From: a virus
Lineage: Duplodnaviria > Caudoviricetes
Direction: 5' to 3' (one strand)
DNA: 41,693 nt
IMG/VR virus record: IMGVR_UViG_3300049009_000456
Location: 1 to 41,693 of that record
Shown: piece after piece, positions 41,521-41,693 of the stretch
Layout: every line of letters starts with the position of its first letter
Position numbering within the stretch: position 1 is the first letter of the stretch
Notes under the pieces: model-generated
What the model was told of the DNA's origin: nothing
What the model saw: only the letters and a program-made list of their open reading frames with translations
The model's database searches: none
Position numbers and translations under genes: made by a program

Positions 41521-41656
41521 CTGTACCCCTCGACCCGTCGACACGTTCTGCACGAGCTACATTCCCGTCAACTACTCCGCGGCCAGGGACACGCCCGAGA
41601 CGGTGCGTCAGGTGCAGGAGAATAACGCGGTGTGGCGGTCCCTCTGCCGATCTTAA
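41474..41656 (+). CDS. Rz1-like o-spanin, allele B
   Basis: Lipobox LAS-C. Confidence 0.75.
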   Translation: MLKWTNLIGIAGVLASCTPRPVDTFCTSYIPVNYSAARDTPETVRQVQENNAVWRSLCRS

Positions 41657-41693
41657 CCTGCGGCCATGACGCGGCCCAAGCTATAACCAAGGG

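Larger units (their letters stand above)
40524..41693. repeat. Lysis cassette allele B (duplicate of 1..1493 lacking 323 bp)
   Basis: See the alignment given for 1..1493. Confidence 0.97.

Noticed and set aside
1-41693. Diversity-generating retroelement, expected by analogy with BPP-1
   Set aside because: No reverse transcriptase ORF, and no repeat pair differing only at adenines; the duplicated segments differ mainly at synonymous sites of all base types.

Overview
The window is essentially one complete, GC-rich, lytic-looking podovirus genome with a BPP-1/epsilon15/T7-type virion module and an APSE/SPO2-type replication module. I see no integrase, repressor, phage RNA polymerase, reverse transcriptase or tRNA. 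The unit length is 40,200 bp (1494..41693). Bases 1..1366 are a diverged second allele of the lysis cassette, and the two ends share exactly 127 identical bases, which points to an assembly lasso joining two strain variants. The + strand carries SNF2 helicase, lysis genes, HNH, Cas4-like/DUF2800 nuclease, SSB, a C5-MTase-like gene, PolA, HNH, resolvase, a T5-A1-like metallophosphoesterase and DUF3310. The - strand carries an HTH gene, primase-helicase, a likely origin, putative TerS, an early-gene island, HNH, TerL, an HExxH peptidase, a fibre module, portal, scaffold, capsid, tail, ejection proteins, tail fibre and a holin-like gene. Main candidate novelty: a hidden layer of about 15 overprinted small ORFs (65-97 aa, nearly all in the +1 frame). 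They sit inside the replication, packaging and scaffold genes, each coincides with a patch of T/A-ending codons in the host gene, and most have a Shine-Dalgarno sequence at the patch start. They include three membrane proteins, a coiled coil, a Cys-rich protein and a QLDLF (beta-clamp motif) peptide. Other leads: an N-terminal VRY/ILY/IYY leader shared by five virion proteins, with an HExxH peptidase coupled to terL; an HNH element that replaced the last 39 codons of polA; leaderless promoters overlapped by hairpins; a possible RNA switch between head and tail operons; and an early island bracketed by repeated palindromic motifs. Functions are assigned from motif recognition and gene order only; no searches were run.
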